Virus record (IMG/VR): IMGVR_UViG_3300023180_000018
Direction: 5' to 3' (one strand)
Length of the DNA stretch: 64,000 nucleotides
DNA from: a virus
Positions within the stretch are counted from its first letter, which is position 1. The number at the start of each line of letters is the position of its first letter. The notes beneath the pieces are model-generated. The model was given only the letters and a program-made list of their open reading frames with translations, had not been told where the DNA came from and did not search any database. Made by a program: the position numbers and the translations under genes. This document shows positions 33,967 through 44,531 of this stretch, piece after piece.

Positions 33967-36096
33967 TTAGAACTCCAAAATTACTCTTATTTCTTCAGAT
34001 TGATTTGAATCTCTAGAAACCGGTACATCGTTTTGTAAAAAGACTATAGCTCCACTAGTAGGATCTAAATCTCCATTGTATTTAGTAAAAGGCGCTGATA
34101 AAATCGCAGAAGATTCATCTCCAATAATATTTACGCCGGTACTAATATTTCCAGATACTCTTGTCAGTGTTAAATGCGTAGAATTTGCTGAATGTACATA
34201 CGCTGTAGCAGATGAATTTTCAACAGAAGATCCTTGATAAACTATTTCATTTGCTAAAAATGTTCCACTAGAAACTGCGCCTACACAGCGAGTCATCTGA
34301 TTAAAAGTAGAAAAATTATATTGACTATTTGCCGTAGCATATCTTTCATTAATATCAATGCCAGATGGTTTTGCTACTGCTCCAGAAGATAGACCAATCA
34401 TATATTCGCCTATTTCTAATTTTCCTTTTACTGCATCTAAATAAAAACTATTGCTTCCAATTTTTTGTCTAATTTTTGAAATGCAAATCCTATTCGCAAT
34501 ATAAACGTCTGTTGTAGAAGAAGTCCACGGAGGTGCATCAAATAATGTTATAGTATCCTCAGCTGAAGCACTATTAACTTCTGATATATGATGGTAATTT
34601 CCTATCGTATCATTCAAATAGATATAATCTCCAGTTTTAATATATTCATCGTACGCAGTTCCTGCTAGATTCGCAGTAATAGTAACGTTTCCACCAATAG
34701 TAGTAACTTGTGAATAAAGTCTAATCTTTTTAAACTGAACTACAGTTTCATTTAAAGAAAATTCTCCATCAGAACCATCACTATCATCTGAAGCTTTAAC
34801 GAAATGTACTTCAACATTAGCAAATACAGGATCTCGAATAATACCAAATTGTCCAAACGTATTTGTTGCTTCTACTGTACCATCTTCATCTTTATTAAAT
34901 AGGGTATATATACCTAAAGCTTTTCCTCCAAGTTCAATCGCGCTATTTGCACCATGCCCTCCCGGTGGAGGAATGATAGGTCTTATTGTTGATGCTGTTG
35001 GAACTACAATATCACCAGCAGATCCTGCAGGTCCACCATTAGCAGCGGCAGGTCCACCCGTTAATACTTCAGCTGTTGCATAATTATAATTTTCTCCAAC
35101 ATCCAATATTTCTACTTTGTATATACTATTTGACGCTGCATTATTAATTAAGGCTCTTGCTATAGCATTGCTAGATTGAGTGCCATCTGAAACAATTTTA
35201 ATCTCAGGACTTAATTCATATCTAGTAGAAGAATCTGGAGTAATTGTAAAAGTGTTTGCAACCTGTACAATCACACCAACACCTTCTAGAAGAAAAGAAT
35301 CTGTTATCCTTGACCACTGTCCCGCCCCAGTTCCACTTAATAAATGTATAATAGTATTACCATAAAATCCATCTGCTGTGCCTGAACCATCTGGTAATTT
35401 ATAAAGAAAAGTATTACTTTGAACTTTAACATCACTTAAAGTAAATTGTCCAGATACAAAATTATTATAATTCTTTCCACCATTTTCTACTAATATTACA
35501 TCTAATGATCCATCAACTGCATTAGCTTCAACTACAGTATTAGCAACAACGGGAATAAAATTTTGAGTTGCAAAATTAGAAAATGTTAAAGAGTCTATGC
35601 TATACATATACTTCCATTGATATCCATCGGAAGTTTCATAATAATCGTCGCCTGTAGTATATAAAGCAGCATCATATACTACATCACCAAAAGTTGGTTG
35701 AATTGTAGATGCTGCGTTATTTGCATTATATAAGCATTTATAAACGTGCTTATAAGAACTTTCATCAACAACAACGTAGAAAGGTTTATCATAAAGATCT
35801 GGATCATCGTCATCAAACGAAACATATGTATTACCAGCTTGCCAATCGTAGCGAGGAATCATAACTCGCATATCACTTTGATTTAATCTTTTCCCAAATA
35901 TCATATTTCTATACGTGTCAATATTTAAATCTTGTCCACTTCTTGAGGGAGCAACAACATCATCTTCAGTAACACCACTGGCCACATGATCACCAATAAA
36001 AGAGTAATACGTAGTATTGGCTGGCTCTGAAATAGATTCAACCATTTGCGTAATAAGATGCGTTTTAAATTCTCTTGGTACTATTCTTTTTGACAT
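33967..36096 (-). CDS. gp8: Baseplate wedge subunit
   Basis: IPRYDW, FYVV...VYKCLYN, SDGYQWKYMYSI, IIPPPGGHG, QSEEIRVILEF. Confidence 0.92.
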   Translation of the reverse strand: MSKRIVPREFKTHLITQMVESISEPANTTYYSFIGDHVASGVTEDDVVAPSRSGQDLNIDTYRNMIFGKRLNQSDMRVMIPRYDWQAGNTYVSFDDDDPDLYDKPFYVVVDESSYKHVYKCLYNANNAASTIQPTFGDVVYDAALYTTGDDYYETSDGYQWKYMYSIDSLTFSNFATQNFIPVVANTVVEANAVDGSLDVILVENGGKNYNNFVSGQFTLSDVKVQSNTFLYKLPDGSGTADGFYGNTIIHLLSGTGAGQWSRITDSFLLEGVGVIVQVANTFTITPDSSTRYELSPEIKIVSDGTQSSNAIARALINNAASNSIYKVEILDVGENYNYATAEVLTGGPAAANGGPAGSAGDIVVPTASTIRPIIPPPGGHGANSAIELGGKALGIYTLFNKDEDGTVEATNTFGQFGIIRDPVFANVEVHFVKASDDSDGSDGEFSLNETVVQFKKIRLYSQVTTIGGNVTITANLAGTAYDEYIKTGDYIYLNDTIGNYHHISEVNSASAEDTITLFDAPPWTSSTTDVYIANRICISKIRQKIGSNSFYLDAVKGKLEIGEYMIGLSSGAVAKPSGIDINERYATANSQYNFSTFNQMTRCVGAVSSGTFLANEIVYQGSSVENSSATAYVHSANSTHLTLTRVSGNISTGVNIIGDESSAILSAPFTKYNGDLDPTSGAIVFLQNDVPVSRDSNQSEEIRVILEF

Positions 36097-36121
36097 AATT
36101 CAATGTATCTCTATAATTGAT

Positions 36122-36129
36122 TATTTATA
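36122..36129 (-). promoter_or_regulatory. Late promoter TATAAATA upstream of gp8
   Basis: Exact consensus in the gp7-gp8 gap. Confidence 0.8.
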
Positions 36130-38952
36130 CTAAGCGTTAGAAATAACATGCGGATAAGTTACGAAATCGTCAGCGTCAATGAATGTGTATTGTTGCTCAA
36201 GAATCTGATTACGAACTGTCGGTGAGAAGAATACATCTTCGTCCTCGAATATAACATCTTGCGATGCACTAATAATAATAGTTGGAGAATAGAAAATATT
36301 CTCATTCAACAACGCAACAGTAGATTTCAATTCAAAATCAATAGATTCAGATGAAGATAGAATATCTAATTTTACGTCAGTGGTAGCTAAATAACCGCCA
36401 AACGGTTTGGTTCCAGCAACATGTAATACTTTAATTAAAGTATCTTTATAAGCATCGAAAGGCAACGCCGTTAATACTTTATAAGAATATTCTTGATAAA
36501 AATCGTTATCTTGAAGATATTTATCTGAAGATAAAAATGATCTTCTATTAGTATGATATCCTATTCCAACACCTTGTTTGCCTAGATATCCAGTAACTGA
36601 AATAGTTTTACTGGAATCATCTGATGATACTAATGTCAAATCTTCTTCTTCAAAATATCCAAATCCAGAATCTACTACTTCAACTGCGGTAGCAAATCCA
36701 TCACCAGTAAAAGCTTCAGATTTTACTATAGCGTTTAAACCAGTTCTTTGTTCTCTTCTTTCAACATAAGTACCATTATAATATTCTGGCGGGCCTTCTA
36801 TAATAGTTGCAGAAAAATTAGTATCTTCTGAAGTTACAATTTCACCCGGAATAAAATTGTTGTCTAAATCTAATCTAGTAATTTTTAACGTTAAATTTTC
36901 TCTATCATGCACTCGCAACCTTCCACGAGTACCAGAAGTCTGTCCAATCAATGCTTCACCAATATTAAAATTAAGACCTTGTGTAGATCCGGGTGGCAAT
37001 TCGTATTCTGCAAAAAAATCGTATTTTTCTATATGGTACATTCTTGGTTCATATATAATAAAAAATGGATCTGCTGCATAACCTCGACCAGGATTTCTAC
37101 TTACTATTCCTTCTATGGAACCAATAGTAATATCTTCCCAAGGGCCAAGAGTTTGCACTAAAGTATCGTTAAATCCTCTATCAAAGTTATTATTAACTTG
37201 GTATAAGTTAGAACCAATAATAGTACTTTCTGGGATTGCACTGATTAACGTATCATTAAAAGATTCTGGTATAATAACTTCTTCATTATACCCTACGATT
37301 TCAAAATTAGCTTCGGTTTCAAAGCCGGATATTGTTGTAATATTAAATGATGTTTCTACTGGATTACCTAATGCGTCTTGAACATAACAAGAACCATTAT
37401 AAAAGGTATTAACAATATTAATTATTCCTAGATTAGTGTTTGAAAAATTACCAGCACCAATAGCGGGAAAACTTACACCATCTCGTTCTCTTTCTAAAGG
37501 ATAATCTGTTCTAATACAACCAACACCATAAACTATATCAGCATAACTTTCACCGAGTTCAATATTTGAATATGCTTTTGAAACAGTACAATTAGCAAAT
37601 AATTTTCTGTAATTCCCACCAGCATCGGTATTAATTGTATAGTATTGTTCTAAAATATCTCCAGCATTTAATACACCCCCAGAAGAATCATATGTAATTG
37701 TTGCTGTATTAGAATATCCTATTACATTAGCAGACGCAGATACGCTAGTAGAACTTACTACATTAGAAACAAACGTATTACCAGTTAAATATATTTCATC
37801 TCCCAAATTACCAGCAGAATATGTATTAGAACTATAATTTACTACAATAGTTCCTTCAGTATCTCCAGCTTCATATGTAGAGCTTACAATAGTTCCAGTA
37901 AAAGTTATATTATTACCAACGTCATATGAAGTTACAGTTTCACCTATACTAAACTCTTCTGGATCTGCTACAGTAGCATCATAATCAACTGATAATAAAT
38001 CTTGCTTTACATTTTCAAATTGCATTACCGGGGTTCTTCTATATAAGAAGTCATTTCCGTCTGGATAAAAAGATCCAGTTACGCCTTCAATAGTATAATC
38101 TCTAGTAATTAAAACACGATCCGAACCTATAATTTCAGCGTTAGCTGTGTATCCCCACCCACCATCTAATAGTTCAAAATCGATTACACCAACATAACTA
38201 GTAACGTCAGTAATTCTTCCAATACCTTTTTTCCCAGCACCATCTTCAACATAAGTAGTTTCTCCTAATTCAAATCCAGAATCACTACGATTAATACTAA
38301 ACTTACTTAATGATCCTACAATTTTAGTAGTAACATTTGTGTCTTTAAATAATGTTGAAACTTGCTCGCCGGTTTTAAAATTTGTTTCTGTAACATTAGC
38401 TAAATATAAAACGCTAATAAATCTAGTATCTTTTTTTACTTTAACTAATCTTTCTACATAAGCTTCAGCACCAGTCTTATTACCTCTAATAATTTCACCA
38501 ACCATTTGAATATTTGTTGGTGATTCAACAACTTCTAAATATTGTACATCTACCCATTCATTATCTGATAATCTAAATAAATCATCTGAGGGGTAATATA
38601 CTTGTGCTTCTAATCCGTGTATTAATTTAAAAAACAAATCTATTGCACGCGGTGTACCTTTAGATCTATAAAAATCTAATGAATTTTTTATGAATAACTG
38701 TTTATTAGACGCAGTAGTAAACTGGATGTTAGAAAGATATTTTTGTTTAAAGAAAACTATAAAATCTTCAATAACTTTATCAATATCACGATAATCGGGT
38801 AATCTTCTAGCGTGATAATATATCTGATTTTCAGATTCTAACCACTCATAATATGCTTTTACAAATGAAATAAACATTTGTCCTTCTTCCCGATAAAATT
38901 CTGGGAATAGTCTTTCTGTAAAAGGACTTATGTATTTTTCTAGTTCTTTCAT
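36130..38952 (-). CDS. gp7: Baseplate wedge initiator
   Basis: FPEFYRE...FVKAYYEWLE, FYRSKGT, LQDNDFYQEYSY...LHVAGTK.FG; between gp6 and gp8. Confidence 0.85.
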   Translation of the reverse strand: MKELEKYISPFTERLFPEFYREEGQMFISFVKAYYEWLESENQIYYHARRLPDYRDIDKVIEDFIVFFKQKYLSNIQFTTASNKQLFIKNSLDFYRSKGTPRAIDLFFKLIHGLEAQVYYPSDDLFRLSDNEWVDVQYLEVVESPTNIQMVGEIIRGNKTGAEAYVERLVKVKKDTRFISVLYLANVTETNFKTGEQVSTLFKDTNVTTKIVGSLSKFSINRSDSGFELGETTYVEDGAGKKGIGRITDVTSYVGVIDFELLDGGWGYTANAEIIGSDRVLITRDYTIEGVTGSFYPDGNDFLYRRTPVMQFENVKQDLLSVDYDATVADPEEFSIGETVTSYDVGNNITFTGTIVSSTYEAGDTEGTIVVNYSSNTYSAGNLGDEIYLTGNTFVSNVVSSTSVSASANVIGYSNTATITYDSSGGVLNAGDILEQYYTINTDAGGNYRKLFANCTVSKAYSNIELGESYADIVYGVGCIRTDYPLERERDGVSFPAIGAGNFSNTNLGIINIVNTFYNGSCYVQDALGNPVETSFNITTISGFETEANFEIVGYNEEVIIPESFNDTLISAIPESTIIGSNLYQVNNNFDRGFNDTLVQTLGPWEDITIGSIEGIVSRNPGRGYAADPFFIIYEPRMYHIEKYDFFAEYELPPGSTQGLNFNIGEALIGQTSGTRGRLRVHDRENLTLKITRLDLDNNFIPGEIVTSEDTNFSATIIEGPPEYYNGTYVERREQRTGLNAIVKSEAFTGDGFATAVEVVDSGFGYFEEEDLTLVSSDDSSKTISVTGYLGKQGVGIGYHTNRRSFLSSDKYLQDNDFYQEYSYKVLTALPFDAYKDTLIKVLHVAGTKPFGGYLATTDVKLDILSSSESIDFELKSTVALLNENIFYSPTIIISASQDVIFEDEDVFFSPTVRNQILEQQYTFIDADDFVTYPHVISNA

Positions 38953-40745
38953 TATAAACGAACCTGAGTAACACTTACTTTAATATCTTGATCTCTAATA
39001 GCAAGAATAGTTCTACGTTGTGATGTAATATCTTTTTCTTCAGTTCTTGCGTATATGTCTAAATTGTTTCCAATGATTTGATCTGGTTTAAAAGCACTTA
39101 ATTGTAAAAATCCTCTAGTATAATCTACTGTTCCAATTTCTGAAAATAATCTGTGCGTATTTCCCTCGGTTGACATAATTCTCAACACACCTTCACCATC
39201 ATCTTCAATAAAACACTCATTACCTCCAATAAAAAATGGTGTTGAAGAAATAATACTTTGTTCGTTTTCAGGATGATCTCCCGGCAATTGGCCAATATCA
39301 TCTTTTAAAGCTATACTAAAATCTATATCATAATTAGCACTAGAAATTGTATTTGGATTTATACTTTTAATAGCTAACAAGTCTGTATCATTACTAACAA
39401 TAGAAAGATCTGAATCATCTATATCAGCAATTAATCGAGAATAACGTAATGTTTTATTAAAGCCGTCAATATTTTGTGTGTTATGATTCTGAATTGTAGA
39501 AATTACAAGCGCTTTAATATCTTCAGTCGATAAGCTAGTCTCATTAATATTATATTTAACTTTAGTGTTAACTAAAACGTATGTATAATCCGGCGTTATA
39601 AACACTGGATCAATTGCTAATGGACTACGCTGTTTAATAAATTGACGATAAACATTTCTTCTGGAAGGCGGAAGTTCGTCAGTAGTTTTTAAATCTACTG
39701 CTACAATAACCTTACCATATTGCGGAGGAGTTTCTTCTTCTCCTCCATACGCTGACACTGCATTAATTTCAGAAAAATTAGCTTTTAAAATTGTTTCATA
39801 ATCACTAGCGGTAACAACTCTTTCTTGCGTATTAAATGCTCTTGGCGCATTAAATTTAATTGAAGAAATACTTTCTGATATAGATCCACCAGCAGCTTTA
39901 GAAACTGTTGTAATAGAAGTGATAGTTGCCGTTCCAACTTTACCATCTGCTGAAAATTTACCAATTCCGTTTGGTAATTCACCGTTACAACGACGATATT
40001 GAAGAATTACAATTGATCTATCTTTAGGTCTTCTGCCAATAACACCATCGCCGAATAGAACTTCATATGTTTCATTTTCTGCTGCTTGAATAAAGAACGA
40101 TTGCGAAGTTGCATTTAATCCAAATAAATTATCAGCTTTCTTATAAGTTAATGTTTCAGCTCCATTATCTTCTAATACCGTTACTAAGAGACTATTAATA
40201 TCTACTGTTTTATTATTAATAATAAATCTTTGATTATCATTAGAATAATTCATTACATATTGATCTGATACATAATCACCTTCATATAATGTTACATTAT
40301 TAGAATAGAACTTTCCATCATTTCCACTAATGGCTTGAATATTTTCTGATACAGTAAATGTAAAATTTTTATTATCTACTGTACCAGTAAAAGATGTTCC
40401 TCTTGGGATTAATAATATAGCTTCGTCTGAACTATCTACCATAACAATATTAACTTTTGCTTGCGCAGATCTAAAAGAACGAGGAATATAATTTAATTCT
40501 TTAGCATGTGATACTACAGAATCCCGCATTAAAGCAGTATCTAAAAACATTTCATTTCCAATCATATTTAAATAAAATGAATTTAGATGGGTATTATGCG
40601 CAAGAATATCTAATAAAACGTTAATATTAGAAGCATCAAAATCATAATCTTTAAATAGATCTTGCGCTTTCATATACGTTTTAAAGTTATCTTTAATAGT
40701 ATCAAAATCTAATGATGTTAAATTAATGCTAGTATTTGCTGCCAT
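38952..40745 (-). CDS. gp6: Baseplate wedge subunit
   Basis: LDFDTIK...FKDYDF.ASN..VLLD.LA, RDSVVSHAKELNY.PRS, FGDGVIG, Q.RVVTASDY. Confidence 0.96.
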   Translation of the reverse strand: MAANTSINLTSLDFDTIKDNFKTYMKAQDLFKDYDFDASNINVLLDILAHNTHLNSFYLNMIGNEMFLDTALMRDSVVSHAKELNYIPRSFRSAQAKVNIVMVDSSDEAILLIPRGTSFTGTVDNKNFTFTVSENIQAISGNDGKFYSNNVTLYEGDYVSDQYVMNYSNDNQRFIINNKTVDINSLLVTVLEDNGAETLTYKKADNLFGLNATSQSFFIQAAENETYEVLFGDGVIGRRPKDRSIVILQYRRCNGELPNGIGKFSADGKVGTATITSITTVSKAAGGSISESISSIKFNAPRAFNTQERVVTASDYETILKANFSEINAVSAYGGEEETPPQYGKVIVAVDLKTTDELPPSRRNVYRQFIKQRSPLAIDPVFITPDYTYVLVNTKVKYNINETSLSTEDIKALVISTIQNHNTQNIDGFNKTLRYSRLIADIDDSDLSIVSNDTDLLAIKSINPNTISSANYDIDFSIALKDDIGQLPGDHPENEQSIISSTPFFIGGNECFIEDDGEGVLRIMSTEGNTHRLFSEIGTVDYTRGFLQLSAFKPDQIIGNNLDIYARTEEKDITSQRRTILAIRDQDIKVSVTQVRL

Positions 40746-41180
40746 TTATCTGACTCTGTATAGTGTAAGGTCTAATCTTTCTGTATCAGAAGATGTTATA
40801 ATAGCAAAGAGAATACTTACTTCAACTGAATGGGTATCTTCATCAGAAGTAACTTTAATATCTATAATATTAACCCTTGGCTCATATTGCTCTATAGTAT
40901 TTTCAATATGTTGTTTAATTTCTAAATTTGTTTGTTTGCTTTGAGGCTCAAATAAAAATCTAGATAGATTACTTCCAAATCGAGGATTTCTTAATCTTTC
41001 ATATTTATTTGTTAATAATAAATTTCTAATAGCTAGCTTAACAGCTTCAACATTAGTCTTTCTAGAAATTTGTCCAGTATTAGGATGAGGCCTAAAAGAA
41101 TGTAAGAAGTCACTGTATAGATCTAGACTTCCTCCACTCTGCTTATATAAATCTCTATGCTGTTCTATTTTAGCGCCCAT
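40746..41180 (-). CDS. gp25: Baseplate wedge / sheath initiator
   Basis: AVKLAIRNLLLTNKYER..NPRFGS...IEQYEPRV. Confidence 0.95.
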   Translation of the reverse strand: MGAKIEQHRDLYKQSGGSLDLYSDFLHSFRPHPNTGQISRKTNVEAVKLAIRNLLLTNKYERLRNPRFGSNLSRFLFEPQSKQTNLEIKQHIENTIEQYEPRVNIIDIKVTSDEDTHSVEVSILFAIITSSDTERLDLTLYRVR

Positions 41181-41205
41181 AAAAAGAGCCTCTTATATAT
41201 TAATT

Positions 41206-41213
41206 TATTTATA
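41206..41213 (-). promoter_or_regulatory. Late promoter TATAAATA upstream of gp25
   Basis: Exact consensus in intergenic gap. Confidence 0.8.
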
Positions 41214-41218
41214 ACGTA

Positions 41219-42397
41219 TTACTTAGGTGCACCAGTATCAGATTTAGGACCACTTCCTGCTGTTGGTGAACCATCATGTACATGAGTATGTAACTCAATA
41301 CCATTAGAAGTAATACTACCACCAGCATCACCAATATTAATAGTGCTTCCAGTAACGTTAATAGTAGGAGCATCCATTGCAATTGAAGCGTCGCTTGTTA
41401 TTGACATTGCTCCTACTGAATGTACGCTAGTTGTTCCATCAACATTAACAGAAGAATTGCCCTTAATCATTACAGTACTATTCTCTCCAACTGTTACTGT
41501 GCTATTACTACCGATTTCAACATTACTATTATTGCCAATTGCAACATCACTATTGTTTACTATAACAACTGAACTTGAATTTCCTACGAAAACTGTACTA
41601 TCAATATCAATTTCAACAATACCATTACCCTTTACGAGTAAATGATTATCCTTCATTGTAATAGTCCAGTTATTATCTGTAATCTTATCTACACGTCTAC
41701 CTTTAGCATCTCCTACATTTCCAATTTCAATATAAGAACCAGATGGATGATACGCGTGAATTCTTTCCGACGTGGGTGTATCATCAATTTCTATTGCATT
41801 GCCGCCTTTACTAGTATACGTTAAATTATATGGATACTTTGCAGCATATGCGCTCTTTGGTTCTTTTATTAATTCAGCATCACCTTCTATTTCTTCTTTT
41901 GGTAATGTGTTTGTTCCTCTAGCATTTGAAGCTACATCATTTAAAAACTCATCTCCATCGCTACCTACGTCAATTTGTAACATTTTTCCAGTTGATTCAT
42001 CAGTAGGTGGTTCTGGAAATCTTGACATTTTATGATAGGTACCGAATATAACTGGTACATTTGATTCTTGACCATCCATATAAAAACCGAAACAATATGT
42101 ACCAACAGCAATACCGGTTGGAGATAAACCAACAGCATCAATCCAATCTGGTACTTGATATTCTTCTAACTCAACTATCTTTTTGTGATTTAAACTAGAA
42201 GATTGAATAGCTGAAATAGGATACGCCCATAGTAAATCCTCATCTAATATACCATAACTTTTTTTATTCTTACCTAATTCACCGGTTTGCTCATGAATAA
42301 CGCGGATTTTTACACGGCCTAGCATTTCCTCGTCGTTAATATCAACAACGCGAGCAATAAACCATTTAAATACATCTCCTAACTTATAATAGCTCAC
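41219..42397 (-). CDS. gp5: Baseplate central spike (OB fold + beta-helix, no lysozyme)
   Basis: WFIARV.D..D...LGRVKIR, YPYN...GNAIEIDDTP..ERIH.YHPSGSYIEI, 8-residue V.IGNNS repeats, HTHVH tip. Confidence 0.93.
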   Translation of the reverse strand: MSYYKLGDVFKWFIARVVDINDEEMLGRVKIRVIHEQTGELGKNKKSYGILDEDLLWAYPISAIQSSSLNHKKIVELEEYQVPDWIDAVGLSPTGIAVGTYCFGFYMDGQESNVPVIFGTYHKMSRFPEPPTDESTGKMLQIDVGSDGDEFLNDVASNARGTNTLPKEEIEGDAELIKEPKSAYAAKYPYNLTYTSKGGNAIEIDDTPTSERIHAYHPSGSYIEIGNVGDAKGRRVDKITDNNWTITMKDNHLLVKGNGIVEIDIDSTVFVGNSSSVVIVNNSDVAIGNNSNVEIGSNSTVTVGENSTVMIKGNSSVNVDGTTSVHSVGAMSITSDASIAMDAPTINVTGSTINIGDAGGSITSNGIELHTHVHDGSPTAGSGPKSDTGAPK

Positions 42398-43662
42398 TAT
42401 TCTAATCCCTTATTTAAACCAATCTTTCTACAATCTAAAATCATTTCATGGCTCATCTGTCCATCTTCACCATTTCTGATCATATGCTTTATATCTTTCA
42501 CAATAAATCTTCCATTAATTAATTCAGCGTCTTCACCACCTGAGGTAACACCAGCAAATTGTGGAATATTAATACCAACACTATCACCTATCATAATCTC
42601 AGTATCACCATATACTCTTATCTTTACGCCGGTTGATAACATTTTAGATCTAAAAGCCCGCTTGAAAGGAATAGTTTTAATATGATCTGAAGCAGGTCTT
42701 AATTCATCGAATACAATCATACTTGAGATTGCTGGATATTCATGAACACTTTCGTTAAAGTTTTGACTATTTTGATCTCCTATAGAATCCGAATGCGCAT
42801 TAAAAGAGAATCCATCGTGTATATTAGTATAATCATGTGTTTCAAAATAATCGCCGTGATAGATATTGAAAGCTCTTACTTGATTACGTATTCCACCGGA
42901 TAATACACGATCAACTGATGATAACCCATCTAGTCTTTGAAAATCTAGTATATTAAAAGCATTAACTACTTTTTCAAAATCACCACCTTGATTTGATGTA
43001 TCATAAAAATAATAGAAATCATCTGCATAATCTTCTCTTTCTTTAATTAAATTTTCAATCGTAGTAAAATTGTATTGTTCATTATCTTCATAGAATATAA
43101 AAAATGAAGATGCAAATTCTGCAGATACTGCTCTTTCCGTAAGTAAATCTATTACTTGGAAAGGACGTACTCTATTCACAGCGTGATCAAAAAATCCTTT
43201 TGTCTTTTCTACGTATACGGGTTTCTCTGATCTCAGATCTACTTGAATACACTGTAACACAGCATCGCTAAACTCCATCTCTTTATATCGCTTAGAAAAA
43301 ACAATACTACTATTATAAAGAAAATCAAGAGTGACGCATTTTAATTTATAAGATTGTGCATTACCCATTGGATTTGGAGCAATACCTTCTACGCGTTCTA
43401 CAAAGAACTTATACGCACATTCTTTTCTACCTTCAGACTGTATAGCAAACTCAACAACCTCTTCACCACCCACCGGAAAATAGTCAAGTAAATCAATTCC
43501 ATCGTTTACGTAGATATCACATTGCATACAATGTTCATCTAGGGATTCATAAATATCAATTCCTGTTACTAGATTATAGATGTTAATAGGATCTATATCT
43601 GGAAATTTATATAACCAGATTGTTTGTTCTAGTATATCAACACTTCCAACGTCTGTACTCAT
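42397..43662 (-). CDS. Baseplate hub protein (gp27-like)
   Basis: Between gp53 and gp5; IDIYESL, P..GEE.V, FIFYED, VYGD....GD.V, NGRFIV..IKH. Confidence 0.75.
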   Translation of the reverse strand: MSTDVGSVDILEQTIWLYKFPDIDPINIYNLVTGIDIYESLDEHCMQCDIYVNDGIDLLDYFPVGGEEVVEFAIQSEGRKECAYKFFVERVEGIAPNPMGNAQSYKLKCVTLDFLYNSSIVFSKRYKEMEFSDAVLQCIQVDLRSEKPVYVEKTKGFFDHAVNRVRPFQVIDLLTERAVSAEFASSFFIFYEDNEQYNFTTIENLIKEREDYADDFYYFYDTSNQGGDFEKVVNAFNILDFQRLDGLSSVDRVLSGGIRNQVRAFNIYHGDYFETHDYTNIHDGFSFNAHSDSIGDQNSQNFNESVHEYPAISSMIVFDELRPASDHIKTIPFKRAFRSKMLSTGVKIRVYGDTEIMIGDSVGINIPQFAGVTSGGEDAELINGRFIVKDIKHMIRNGEDGQMSHEMILDCRKIGLNKGLE

Positions 43663-44528
43663 TATGCTTTATTCATCATATCATTAAGTTGTTTATTTAA
43701 ACTTGATGCATTATCTGCGTCGATGAGAAATAACTCTCGTTTCTTTTCATTTAAATCATTTTCGAAATCGTAAGCATTGACCGCAGAAAAATATACTTCC
43801 TCATTTTCATTAATGACTTGGTGTGTAGATACACTATCTGCATCGACTGTATATGTATCGGATGCTCCTCTTTTTGTTACAGTATAATCACTACCGGCGG
43901 TCCAATCACCATAGACATGTTGTATTGTTATCGCACTTGTGTTAGCCCAGGTTACAGTTCCATAAACGGAACTATTACTGTCTTTTATAAGGATATCGCC
44001 GGCGCTTGCGGCGGCGTCCACGGTCGCGACATTAAAACTAACATACTTATTTGTCGGTACTACGATATCTTCTTTTTGTCTAACATATCCGGAAATACCA
44101 AAAGCGTTATATATAGGACCCCAATATTTTTTACGGTCTCCAATTAAATTATTATATTGTTCGGAAGACAAGATCGTATCGTCACTTTCCCAATTATTTT
44201 TCCATTGTACAATTGCTTGTAAAGCATAATCAAAGGATCCATATTTTTTAATAATAAATTCTTGGAAATCTTGCTCGTTCAGCACTACCCCATAATACGG
44301 ATCACTAATATCATTTGCTAGATAGATTAACCAATCAAAATTCACATCGTCGTAATAATTAAATGCGAGGTGTTCTATTCGTTCGCTACTATCCATCGTA
44401 TAGGTATAGAATCGATTATAATATTCTTTGACCGTCGACGAAATATCTACTCGCTTCATTATATTAAGAGCAGGTGTACCATCATAATCGATTACAGGAA
44501 ATCTTTCGAAGAATCTTTTAATTGCCAT
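43662..44528 (-). CDS. gp53: Baseplate wedge subunit (LysM-like)
   Basis: FFERFP.IDY, ERIEHLAFNYYDD..FDWLIYLANDI.DPY, AYDFENDLNEKKR. Confidence 0.9.
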   Translation of the reverse strand: MAIKRFFERFPVIDYDGTPALNIMKRVDISSTVKEYYNRFYTYTMDSSERIEHLAFNYYDDVNFDWLIYLANDISDPYYGVVLNEQDFQEFIIKKYGSFDYALQAIVQWKNNWESDDTILSSEQYNNLIGDRKKYWGPIYNAFGISGYVRQKEDIVVPTNKYVSFNVATVDAAASAGDILIKDSNSSVYGTVTWANTSAITIQHVYGDWTAGSDYTVTKRGASDTYTVDADSVSTHQVINENEEVYFSAVNAYDFENDLNEKKRELFLIDADNASSLNKQLNDMMNKA

Positions 44529-44531
44529 ATA

